DNA of 64,000 bases from Somniosus microcephalus (Eukaryota), in the NCBI GenBank assembly GCA_052327205.1, contig CM126210.1, positions 38,316,001-38,380,000 of the forward strand, in the 5' to 3' direction. The translations under genes were made by a program, and so were the position numbers. The notes below the pieces were generated by a model. It was not told the DNA's origin, searched no databases, and saw only the letters and a program-made list of their open reading frames with translations. Below, piece after piece: positions 25,272-36,734 of the stretch (the stretch's first letter is position 1; every line of letters starts with the position of its first letter).

Positions 25272-26888
25272 CTGAATTTAAAAAAAAGACACACACACAA
25301 ACTGTTGATGTATTTTGTAGTACAGCACATCCAACACAGCATCCTGGGACTCCTGAAAACCACACAAAAATACTGCTTAGACTTCCATCATTAGTATTTG
25401 GTTGCTTTACGTTAATGGCTGTGCGGCGGAGTTGCTTAAAGTGGGATTGCCTACTCAGGTTACAGATACAGATGTTGAAATTAAATTGTTTGCAAATGTT
25501 CAGTCTTTGGGGGGTGAAACTAGAAATGGGACGGGGACACAGAACAGCCGGATTCGCCTTTGCCGCCCAATACACCACACGCCCAATCTTCGGTTCTACT
25601 GAAGGTACTGAACATTGGGTGGGGCGCTTAACGGGAGACCAATACCACACCGTCTGTTTGGTATGTTCGCCCGTGTCCAATTTCAACCCCCTTTGTGTTC
25701 AGGGGGTTGCCGGATGGCGGTTCTTCACCGTCCCAAATTATATTGTAAGACTATTGTGGTGATTATTCTTGTTTTATAAGAAGCATTGTAATTGGTTGCC
25801 TGTTTTCCTGCCTTGAGATATATGCTGTAAACTTATTGGTTAGTTGATTCCATGTGACCTGTGGTGGCCATCTTAAATTCAGTTCTCTACAGCTTGGTTG
25901 AGACTGGGTGCTTAACATGTACTGCTGGTTTTTTAAGGTTAATAAAGCCTAGCTTTTGAAAGGCAAGCTACTCTTTATTTCAACTATGTAATGGAGCGCT
26001 CACCGGAGCTCACCTCAGTAAAAGCATGCTGAATGCTGCTCTCTCAGGAATCGACAGAAAAAAAGAGCACAGCGTGAATCTTACAAAGTCTCACCTATGT
26101 GAAAATATCAAAAATTCGACTGAAATTGGGTTTCACAACACATCACTTGATTACTGGGGCCATGATTATCTAAAGTTCCTTTATCCATAGATGCAATTAC
26201 CCAAACACTACGGTCCAATGATTTCTATTTCACTTACTCCTCCCCTCATCAGTTACTATTTTAGAGCTTTTCCTGTTCCCTATTTCAGTTAAAGTCACGC
26301 AACTTGGGAGACTGGAAATACCTATTGTTCACACGCTGCATCACCCCAACTTCTAATACTGTTTGCAGAGATTACTCTGAAGGGCTGATTGCCCGATCAG
26401 GCGTTCCAGAGGCACGTTGTGGAAGGGCCGGTTGGAAAACTGTGGGCCTGCTGTAGCCCCTAATTTAGCATCCAGTAATTTAAATGGAGGCAAAATTAAT
26501 GGAAGTGGGCTTGTGATTTCTCGATCAGCGTCAGGAGGCCAGATTACCTTTAATATGCAGTTTATTTTATAATTAAATGGAAAACTATTGTTAATTCAAG
26601 TGATCAAGCAAGAGGCTTCAAGCATTATAAACGAATTTTAAAATGAGAACACTGTCATGAATCTTAGCATTCATGGAGAAATGACTCATGAAATAACACT
26701 GGGCGGCCAGCTGGTGGCGCCGTCCAAGGAGTATAAAAACTCGGGCGTGGGCCCAGCTTGCTCAGGATGTTTCTGTAACCAGGAACTAGTGATGTAACTA
26801 GAATCTCATGGTTGTGAAACAGTTGATTAAAGCCTCGTTTTATACTCAAACCAAGTGCTCAGTAGTCTTTTTACATCAATCAGGATAC

Positions 26889-26990
26889 CTGCAGTGCATC
26901 CTGGAACTGAACTGTCTCCTGCATTGCATCATCCAGCCTGTCAATGCGATCTTTCCACGCCTTGTTCAGATTGTCCCAGGTACAATTCAG
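26889..26990 (-). CDS. DST: DST exon, 102 nt: [34 protein letters not shown]
   Basis: ttgtag|CTG...CAG|gtatcc. Confidence 0.95.
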
Positions 26991-27812
26991 CTACAAATAG
27001 AAAATAGGAAACAAACATATTTATGACAGACCAACAAACTAGGATCCTCCCTTAAAAACCAAAATAACACATTCAATAAACTTGCCGATAATGATGCTCC
27101 AACAATTAGGATTATAAAATGTACACAATTAAACATAATCTGCATTGCTACTGAAAAACTAATGGACACATTTTCTTCCCCGTTTCCTACCCCATTCCAA
27201 TGTTATCCCCTTACCTCCTGAAAATGCTGACTCTTGCTGGGAACAGTTCACAGAATGCCACACACCCTCCTGTACCTCACCCAAGTGTCCATTCTTCCTA
27301 TTGCAGTTGACCAGGGGGACATCACAGTAGAGGCTGCCGTGTTTTCTACATTACAATAGTGACTGCCCTTCAAAAGTACTTCATTGGCTGTAAAGCACTA
27401 TGAGGGAAATCCTGAGGTCACAAATGGCGCAATAAAGTGCAAAAAAAGACAAACGTGCCATTAGCAAGAGGTGCACAGCACTCCCATCACCACCTGGCAA
27501 AACAAAGAGGAACTCAGCACTTCGAACTGCTTCCAGAACCTGCTCTGTCACAGGTCCCAAGAGCTGCCAGATGCAATACGCAGACTGCCATCCCAGTGCC
27601 CCCTCTAATAGGCCCATCATGACCAACAGCATGGTGCCCACAAGAACGCAGAGGGAGCCAATCGTAGGTTGTGGATTCCCACTCGACTGCTGCCTTCAGT
27701 CATCATAACCAACGCAAAAGTGGCTGTTAAAAATGTTTGTTTCTGCACACGAATGAACTAGGGCCTGTCCCTGAACACCCTATCTCAACATTCAAATAAA
27801 GATGCTGACAAC

Positions 27813-27967
27813 CAACTTTCCCCCTAAGGTGCGCGGGCACATCGCCGCACATCGACCGGGAGGTCCCACACAGGCCGTTCACCAGCCATTGCCGCTGGAA
27901 AGAATACCGTGCATGCGTGGCCGCAAAAAGGAACCTTGCACAAAAAAGAAAATTAGAGGGAACATTC
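27813..27967. mobile_element. hAT-type MITE, copy 3
   Basis: CAACTTTCCC...AGGGAACATTC; flanks ctgacaac / atgaaaac (6/8). Confidence 0.65.
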
Positions 27968-28129
27968 ATGAAAACTAGCCTTCACCCATCACGTAGCATT
28001 GTAAAGTGCGTACAGTTTAAAACTCATCACCAGGCTAAGCATCCTAACAGATACATTATTGAAAGGAGGGTTTCAATGGACAATGGCTCTTTAGCCTGTG
28101 TGTATAACTAGACACAGATCTTTGCACAC

Positions 28130-28252
28130 CTCGTCTATGTTTTTCTTCACTACGGGCTTATCTGGCTCGCCACAGGCTGAGGTCAATTCGGCTCCAAGGT
28201 TCTGAACAATCTCCAGCTCCTCCTGAAGCCCGTCTATTTCTTCTTTGATCGT
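28130..28252 (-). CDS. DST: DST exon, 123 nt: [41 protein letters not shown]
   Basis: ttctag|ACG...GAG|gtgtgc. Confidence 0.95.
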
Positions 28253-30595
28253 CTAGAAAGAAAAAAAAGTCAAATAAAAATAACAGATCCATAAAATGAT
28301 TAAACAGAGAAAAATCTTACAAAACGAGAAAAATCTCACAAAGTGAACAGTGGTCCCTCTAATGACTCTTCCCAAGATAGCCGACATTTCTCAAACACCT
28401 TTCTCTTACACTGCAAGATAAACATTTTCTCCAATCCCCTCTTGAAGGCTAGATTATGGTTCCACAGGTACCTGTCACCCCCTTACCCAGTCGCCAGTAT
28501 TCATGTCTCAGCTTGGACAATGCATGTCAATGGACTAATTGACTGTGGGGCGTGTCACAGCGGAACTTGAATCTGTCCTCCCAGACATCCACAGACACGC
28601 ACTGCTAGCAGGGGTCGTTGGGCGGTGATGTAGGAGCAGGAAACCTGGCCAGTATCCCCCTCTCTAACCTGGAACACGGAGTCCGATCAATGCACCTCGA
28701 CCACCACCCCAGCTCAGATCTATTGGCTCAGCACTGACCAGTGAGAATTCATCTTTGCTGTGCGTTTCCAGTTAATTCTTTTAATTAAGGAAACATAACA
28801 AGATGTGTGAACTAATGGAAGCTATATTCATTGAAGCTTCCCATCAGTGTTCCAAACTTTTGGTCCTACACCTGTACAAAGTAAGAAATTGTTCACACAA
28901 TTCAACAATGATAAATGATGTTGCAAAAATTTAGCGGTGTTGCTTTGCAAACTGAAGGCGCTGCACGACTCAAGAGCCTGCTCCACCATTCAATGAGATC
29001 ATGACTGATCTGATAACAATAAAACCTTCTCAATGGGAATAGTCTCAGGACAGGAATACACACGTCATCCAACTGTGTCTATTAAACACACTGGAAACTG
29101 TATGAGGATTAAATAGTTGCCCAGGAATATGTTGCCACGAACTGTGCTTTTATTAGCCAGGGACAAGCACCCCGCGTTTGGATTCAGGTTCAGATATAAT
29201 TCAAACAAAACAAATTCAAACATTTTATATGAAGTTTGGACCGTTCCCTGTAATTTAGACACCCTCACAGTGCTGTCTCTGTAATATGAATGAGGCTATG
29301 TGTGTGATTCCAGAACAACACCATGAGATGGTTGCATTACCTGCCTCTGGGGTAAAATGGTGGCTGGACAACGATAAATGGGAACTTCCGGTACCCATTA
29401 TATACTGACTGTAGCCAACCCAACTCCCAGCTCACTCTTCACATCAGCAATGTTGTTTTGACATTACTAACCTGTAGAGACTTGCCTCTTCCCCCACCCT
29501 AACAGCTACTAATGGTCAAGTTGGGCATTAACAAAACCTCCTCTAACTTCATATACACAATTGATTAAACCTATTTTTAACTAGGATAACTTTGCTACAG
29601 CATCAGCTCCTTAGGTTACCTCAGTGACGTGAGGTAACTTTTGCAGAGAGTCTGGATGACACAATCATGGATAAAAGTGGAAAGCTCAAAGACTATTTGT
29701 TAAGTTATTGTTGAATTGAATTGGTATCCAGAATACATCACAACTTCTTGAACTAAAAGCACTCATCCCAAAGTTAAACTTAAAAATAAAAATTCTTCTT
29801 CATTAATAAAACAAACTGCAAATGTTGAAGTCTGAATTAAAAACAAGAGATTGCCAGAAATACAAAAGCATGTCAATCAGACTCTGCAGAGAAAATGGAC
29901 TGGTTACGGCATTTAGTGTGTTTACCCGTCACTATCCTTCTTCACCGAGTTCCCTTACAGAATCCTCTCTTTCAGCTATCAAACGGTGTACCTCCACACG
30001 GTTGAACATCCAATTTAAACCTTTGAAACTCGGTGCGATTCCACAGCAATGAGAGTGTGCAATTAAGATTGCGGTAATCCAAAATGGTATCCAAATGAAT
30101 ACAGAATTCTAATCTTCTCCAACAGCGAGAGTAAAAGCAAAAATAAATCGGAACGCCATCAGTTTATAGTTCTAGATGATGTGAAACATTCGGATTGCTG
30201 TGTAGACTTCGGGCTTGGATGTAAACCCAGACCAATTGTCACAGCAGGTGACAGTCATCAACCTCACTCCCGATGAAGACCCTTGATGACTCATTCAGGT
30301 CTGTAGCATCTACATAACATAACCTCCTATGGACCTGCCATCCCCATTTTTTTCAGACTGGGGAGCTACAGTTCAAAAACAGTAATGCATCATTCTACCA
30401 CATTCACCATTTCTGTACTGTTAATACTACCAAGCTACATATTATAAAAATTTGGGAGCATGAATTCCTCTGTGTGTGTTGCATGTATACACATTTACAG
30501 AACATAGTTACATATAGCACACTAAGGATATCTTCCCAATGGAGGGTACAAGAACCTGGAATACCAAAAGCCAACAATACAACAGGTTTCCTGAC

Positions 30596-30822
30596 CTCTA
30601 CAGCCTCTTGCTGCTCTTTAACAACAGATGGATCTATTCCGGGATCCTCCAGTTCTCGGATCAAGTCCTGAGTGTCCTTAATAGTGACAATAAGGGCGGA
30701 ATGATCACACCAGAATTTTTCCGCCAGGTCCATCACGTCAAGCAGCTTGGCCTCCCGTTCCTCCGCCCGGGCTTTGATGTCCGCCCAGTAGAAAACCATT
30801 TTGTCCAACTGGTCTTGAACAG
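30596..30822 (-). CDS. DST: DST exon, 227 nt: (A)[75 protein letters not shown]
   Basis: tttcag|CT...GAG|gtcagg; phase 1/0. Confidence 0.96.
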
Positions 30823-30884
30823 CTGAAAGACACAATAATCTCATCAGAAACTGTCCGTCAGTCCTGTCATGTTAATTTATAGGT

Positions 30885-31230
30885 GGGGTACGGTGGTGTA
30901 ATGGTTATGTTACTGGACTAGTAATCCAGAGGCCTGGACTAATAAGCCAAAGAACACGTTTGGGAATTTGAATTCAGTTAAAAAATCTGGAAGTAAACGT
31001 GACTGTGAAGCTGTTGAATTGTCTTAAAAAACCCAATGTCAGGAATGTCCTTTAGGGAAGAAAGTCTACTGTCCTTACCCGGTCTGGCCTAATTTTTGAC
31101 TCCCAACATGGTTGGCTGTTAACTGTCCTCTGAAGTGGCCTTGCAAGCCCCTCAGTTGTATCAAAACTCATGGGATGGAGAGTAAATGCCAGCCTTGCCA
31201 GCGACACCAACAGCCGGAAAATGAATTTTA
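30885..31230 (+). mobile_element. tRNA-derived SINE (degenerate)
   Basis: A-box-like head ggtggtgtaatggttatgttactggactagtaatcc; body resembles a common elasmobranch SINE (from recall). Confidence 0.6.
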
Positions 31231-31297
31231 AAAACTGTCTGGAAGGACAGATTTTTAGCATATGAAGATTTTCACTCGCACTTCAATTTGAGACTTT

Positions 31298-32122
31298 GGG
31301 GGAGAAATTCGGTATTGCCTCGTTTGGGGCACAATTATTGGCCAGGCACAAAGTTTAGTGCCTGCCGCTAATTATCGCCTCCGACTGCAAACTTGGCTTC
31401 TATCGCCCCTGGAGGTGATTGGAGCGCTAAATCAGGCGCTAACGCCGAGGAGTGAGGCGCTACTTCAGAGCGCTGGCGAAGCTCATGTGATGTCAGTTAG
31501 CAATGGAACACAGACATACTGGCGCCGGCCAGTTCTTAAAGGGGAGGGTCGATCTTGCTCTCCATCCACACCCTACTCATTGCAACCTTGAATCTCGGCC
31601 TGGAGAGACCTGTACATCAATTCTGCTGGAAAGAACAATGGAGAGAACCAGGGAAAGAGCTCAGAGTGCAGCCCCCAAAGTCTCTTCTAAATCAATGCAA
31701 GGAAGGTCAAATCAAAATGAACCTGCAAAGTGCTGCTCAGTACCCAAAACTCCTTCACACAGCGTTGAATCTCTCCAGAAGTCTCTCTCTCTCTTTCTCT
31801 CAGAATGCATTCTGCAAAAATATCACCGACAAAAAAAGGCAGGAAGCGGCCGCCTTTAAATAGCGCTCCCCAGTCCCTTCCCGACTGCAAAATGTTCCCC
31901 TCTACCGGTTGTTGATAGCGGCAGGCGGAAAGGCAGGGGGCGCCACTCAATATCTGGTCCAGGGCGCTACGGAGGCGTTGCGCTCTCGACTGACGTCACG
32001 ATCTGTCTGGTCAATTTCGTGAGCGGCGCAAACATCGCCGCACCCGGGCGTTAGTTGCTTTGCGCCCTGTTAGCACCCTCTTAGGGCGCTAACAGGAGGT
32101 GCTAATCAGCCGAATTTTTCCC
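31298..32122 (+). mobile_element. GC-rich TIR-bounded non-autonomous DNA element (possibly Harbinger-like)
   Basis: Ends gggggagaaattcgg / ccgaatttttccc; arms homologous to 33310-33925 in the opposite orientation. Confidence 0.7.
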
Positions 32123-32192
32123 ACTTACATTTTTATCAAAAATGATTTTTTTTTTAAAAGGGCTATTTCTACCTCTGTTATATCAGAATTAC

Positions 32193-32424
32193 CTTTTGCA
32201 CAAAAGTCTTTGTCGGTTCCTTCAGAACGCCCAATCAGCTCATCGCCTCGCTGCTTAAGGGTTTCAAACGTTGGCTGCAACTTATCGAGTTCCATGGTCA
32301 CATTTTTGTTTTCACTGATCTGCTCTCGGATTTTCTCCACCTCGGCCGAGATGGAAGGCGGTTGTCTTAATCGGGCAGCGATGCTTTCCAGCGCCTCGAG
32401 CATGGGGCTGATCTTGTCATGAAA
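32193..32424 (-). CDS. DST: DST exon, 232 nt: [77 protein letters not shown]
   Basis: ttacag|TTT...AAAG|gtaatt; phase 0/1. Confidence 0.96.
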
Positions 32425-33309
32425 CTGTAAAACAGTCAGAATACCAGATCGATCAGTAACGGCACATCACAGACGAGCAAGATTACTGCTCTTCAACAGG
32501 TGTCCGAGGCGAAAATCAGGCACCACGGTTTTCAGTTACTTACAGACAGCAACATCACCATGCATTCATATAGCGCAATTAACCTAGTAAAATGAACCAT
32601 GGTGCTACACAGGAGCGTTATCAGACAAAATTTGACACCAAGCAAATGAGATATTAGGACAGGTGACAGGATTTAAGGAGCGTCTTAAAGGAGGAAAGAG
32701 AGGTGGAGAGGTTTAGGGAGGGAATTCCAGAGTTTAGGGCCTAGGTAGCTGAAGGCACGGCCACCAATGGTGGAGCGATAGAAATCAGGGGTGTGCAAGA
32801 GGCACGTTTATAAGGAAGTCTGCAGAATCAAAGATTACAGCACAGGAGGAGGCCACTCAGCCCACTGTGCATGTGTGCATGTGCCAGCTCTTGAAGTGGA
32901 GCTCTTGAACTCTACTCCCATTTTCCTGTATATTCTTCCTTCACTAATTTCTTTCAAATTATATTATAGCCTCTACTTCAATAGACACTTGTGGGAAAAC
33001 AGTGCATGTTCGAATAATTATTTGTGTGAAAAATTTCTTCCAGCTTCCCCCTTCATTCTTCTCATGCTAATCCTGAGTTTATGGCTCCTTGTTACTGATT
33101 TACTGCCATTCACTCTCACAATTGTGAAAATCTGTTAGATTTCCCCCCACCAAATCCATTCCAGTCTAAGAGGCCCAACTGTTTTAGTATTTCTTCAAGA
33201 ATTGTAACCTCTCATTTCAGTCATCACTCTCCTGAATCTTTGCTATACCACTTTCGTGATTCCAATATCCATCTTTAAATGAAGTGCCCAGAATGCACAT
33301 AATACTCCA

Positions 33310-33925
33310 GGGCCTAGAAATTCAGGTGGCTGTGCCACCCGTTAGCGCCTTAAGAGGGCGCTAAGTGGGTCGCAAGCCACTGGCCATGCCTCCCGCTAAA
33401 TTCTGCGGGACGCTAATGGTGGCGTTAGCCGTTAGCGCTGCGCCGCTACCGATGATGTCACCGGTGTGCGCAGCGCCCCGCTGACGGCCCGGCCGCGATA
33501 TTAGGAAACGCCCCCTGATTTACCGCCGGACACTATGTGCGACCTGTTCAGGGGGGCCTTCCTGCGGCGGTAGAGGTGCTAATTAAAGGAGGTGCCGGGC
33601 TCTTTTGCCGGCACTCGCGATCCTCGGGGGCCCAGCTGGGCCCCAGATCGCGCAGAACAAGGCCCCTCCCCTTTAAGAATGGGAGGAAGGCCTGCAAAAC
33701 CGCAGCGCAACGTGCTGCAGCGTGTGGCGCTGCGGCACGTTGCACAGCGACATTCAGTCGCAGCGCCCCAAGAGGGATGCGGGGCGCCTCCAGTCGTGCC
33801 GCGCTTCCCTTTGGGGCGCTCCAATTGAATTTCCGGCGGGTGGCTGCGAATGCTTCCGGGGCGCTACTTTTAGCGCCCTGGCGAGGCTGGCGCCCCAAAC
33901 GGGGCTATAATCAATTTCTAGGCCC
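33310..33925 (-). mobile_element. GC-rich MITE with perfect 13-bp TIRs, nested in an old minus-strand CR1 (about 32830-34450)
   Basis: GGGCCTAGAAATT ... AATTTCTAGGCCC; CR1 sequence resumes on both sides. Confidence 0.8.
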
Positions 33926-35437
33926 AAGTGTCTTGTACAAATTCAGCAGCAATTCCTTATTCTTTTTCTTTCAATGCCTTTGCATATAAAACTCAGTTTA
34001 ACATTTGTTTTTTCTATTGTCCCTCCAACTTTGAAGATCTCCCTGTTCTTTAAGAATCTTACAAGGTGGGTAGCTTTCCTTTCACGATTTTACATTTCTC
34101 CACACTGAACTGCTTCTATTACCTATCTGCCCATTTTGTCCTCCTGCATTCTCCCTCAGATTGCCACGCCCCCAATCCTTGTATCTTCAGCAACTTCAAA
34201 TCATTCCTTTAATGCCCATGTCCAAATCATTAATAGAAATGGAGGTAAGTAGGGCCCCCGGTACAAATCCAAAGATGTTTTCCCTATACTCTGTCCCCTA
34301 TCCATGTAGCTACATTCCCTTCAATACCATTTGCCTTCATTTTTGCAATGTCTTTTTATCAAATGCCTGCTAAAAATCTATATAGAAAGCCTCCACTGAA
34401 ATCTCTTTATATATTCGCCAGATGATTTGCTCAAAGCACATTATCTCTTTACAACTTCATGCTAACTGGGCCTGACTGGCCCAGGCTTTTGGAAGCGTTT
34501 ATTAAATCCATCCCGTATTATGAGCTCTAGAGCCAACAATTTCGAGGTTCCGCTGGTGTCGCCACATTTTAAGAGCCAGGATTTCGGAGGCTGCGCTCGT
34601 GAGTAGCGCTGGCCTTGTTAAGGGGTTTAAACATATTTTAATTGATTCCATGCTGGATCCTGCAGCTGTCTCACTGGCCATGATACTCACCCATTTGTAC
34701 CAGCAAGTGGATGACCAAGGCTGAGGGAGTTAACTTTGTGACAGTATCACTTGATTCTTGGTGGGAGAGCTAGATGGCTTTTGCTCATCTTATTGCTTTT
34801 ATCCTTATTTTATTAGTGCTTTTATTTTTTGCATTGCAAGACTTTTAATGCCAACTCTTGCTTGCAGCAACTAAAGAATTGGAATTCCTATGGGAGATGG
34901 GGAGTGGTCCTAAATTTGGAGGAGGACAGGCAGATCTCGAAGAGACAGAAAGACAGGTGCGACTGTACTTCACACGTTATGGGCATACCTATCCTTAGTC
35001 CAAGACACAAATTTACTACCCAGTGGCCACTGCCTTTCTTGTGCAAGCCAGAGGAAATCGGTCTTCAGTGCCTCTGCTTTACAAAGGGGGCTGTCACATA
35101 GATATACCATCTCCTGAAGACCAACCTACAAAGATGGCTCTTCCCTTGGGCGTTAAGGTCATAGCTGCATTGATGCCGTCACCATCGACATGTGCCGAAT
35201 CAAGTCAGTTGGCCGCCTGCAGATGCATCAAAGCCAAGTGATGGGAGCAACAAAGGGGCACAACTGCCTTGTGGAATGGAGGCACCGGCTCAACAAGGCA
35301 CAGAATTTCTCCTGGGCACAGGGCTCCCAAGGGTGCAGCTGGTGCCCGACAGGCACGATGCGCGGCTATGGTCTGGAGACGGGTGCCAAACAGGGCCACG
35401 GAGATCTCAACATGCTGCCTTTGCCATATAAATAATA

Positions 35438-35650
35438 GGAAATACTCAGCAGGCCAGGCAGCCTCAGTATAGAGAGAGAAACAGAGTTAACGTTTCAGGC
35501 CAATAATCTTTCATCAGTTCTGATGATTGGTCATTGACCTGAAAAGTTAACTCTGTTCCTCACTCTCCATAGATGCTGCCTGGCTTGCTGAGTATTTCCA
35601 GCATTTTCTGTTTTTATTTCAGATTTCCAGCATCCGCAGTATTTTGCCTT
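35438..35650. mobile_element. Penelope-like palindromic element with CTGATGA...GAAA motifs on both strands
   Basis: Inverted repeat with about 80-bp arms centred at about 35518 (ggaaatactcagca...tgctgagtatttcc). Confidence 0.7.
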
Positions 35651-36734
35651 TTTGTTAATGTTCACTTGGCCAGCCGTTTAACTGGGAAAGGAGTGGGATA
35701 TCTGTTGCTGCAGAACACACCCACAGATTCTTCCACGCCTCCACATCGGGCTTCCTTTCACTGGGCATTACTTCTCCCTCAGCCCCACCTTTAAACTTGG
35801 CAAAGGTTGACTAGGTATTACAACTCCTTTTATAATGGCGGAGACAATATTTGTCCCCACACGCAACAAATAAGTGGCAACATCCCTTTAAATTTAAAGG
35901 CGCTGGCCTAATGTTCCACTTGCCCCACTTGGGCTCGCAGCTGGGACAAGACCAAGGCTGTGCTTGGATCTGATGCCAATTGTTCGACTAGCCTGACCAT
36001 GTAGAACTATGCGCAGTCAGCCCAGTGCATTGTGGGCTATCTTGGCTCAAGCAGCCAACCCACCTTGGCACAGACATTGTCAACATCACAAAATTGGGGT
36101 GTAGAAGTTTTTCCACCAATGAGGTAATTTCCTGGCTTATTCTCTTGCTTTTTGCCTTTATTAGGAATTTTTAAAAATTGTTCTTGAATAAAAACAATAA
36201 ATGTCTCCCTTCCTCTATTTATCACCTAGCAAAGACTACGACTCACACTGGGATATAGCTTCACGCGCGCTAGCAGCTCTCCCATACCTTACCCAAGTGG
36301 GCATTCCAGGTAGAATCCTAAAAAGATACAGCACAGAAGAAAGCCATTCGTCCCATCGTGCCTGGGCAGGCTCTTTGAAAGAGCTCTCCAATTAGTCACA
36401 CTCCCCTGCTCTTTCCCCATAGCCCTGCAACTTTTCCCTCAGTTCAGTAGCTACTGGCACGAATACCCTAGATTCCCCCGTGAGCCATGGGATTGAGTGC
36501 CAGCTGCTACTGGACTGCGGGGGCTTGGCACAGACGAGCCCAATCCCAGCTCCTGCCAACGGCCACCCAAAGTGCACTTTTCAGCAAATGGTCACTGAGG
36601 AGCAGGTTTGTGAAATTGAATTGAACAAATCTGGTTAATTTGCGGGCTACATCAGAAAAAAAACAGCCGCTAATAAAAAAAATGAAGGTGGGACTCATTG
36701 GAAAAATAAACGAGAGAGACACAGAGACAGAGTG

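Noticed and set aside
25744-25982. Possible solo LTR (TG start, AATAAA, CA end)
   Set aside because: No matching TSD, second copy or PBS/PPT was found, so it cannot be supported.
33537-33989. GC-rich 116-150-aa ORFs or a CpG-island promoter
   Set aside because: They lie within a TIR-bounded MITE, and GC richness explains the open frames.
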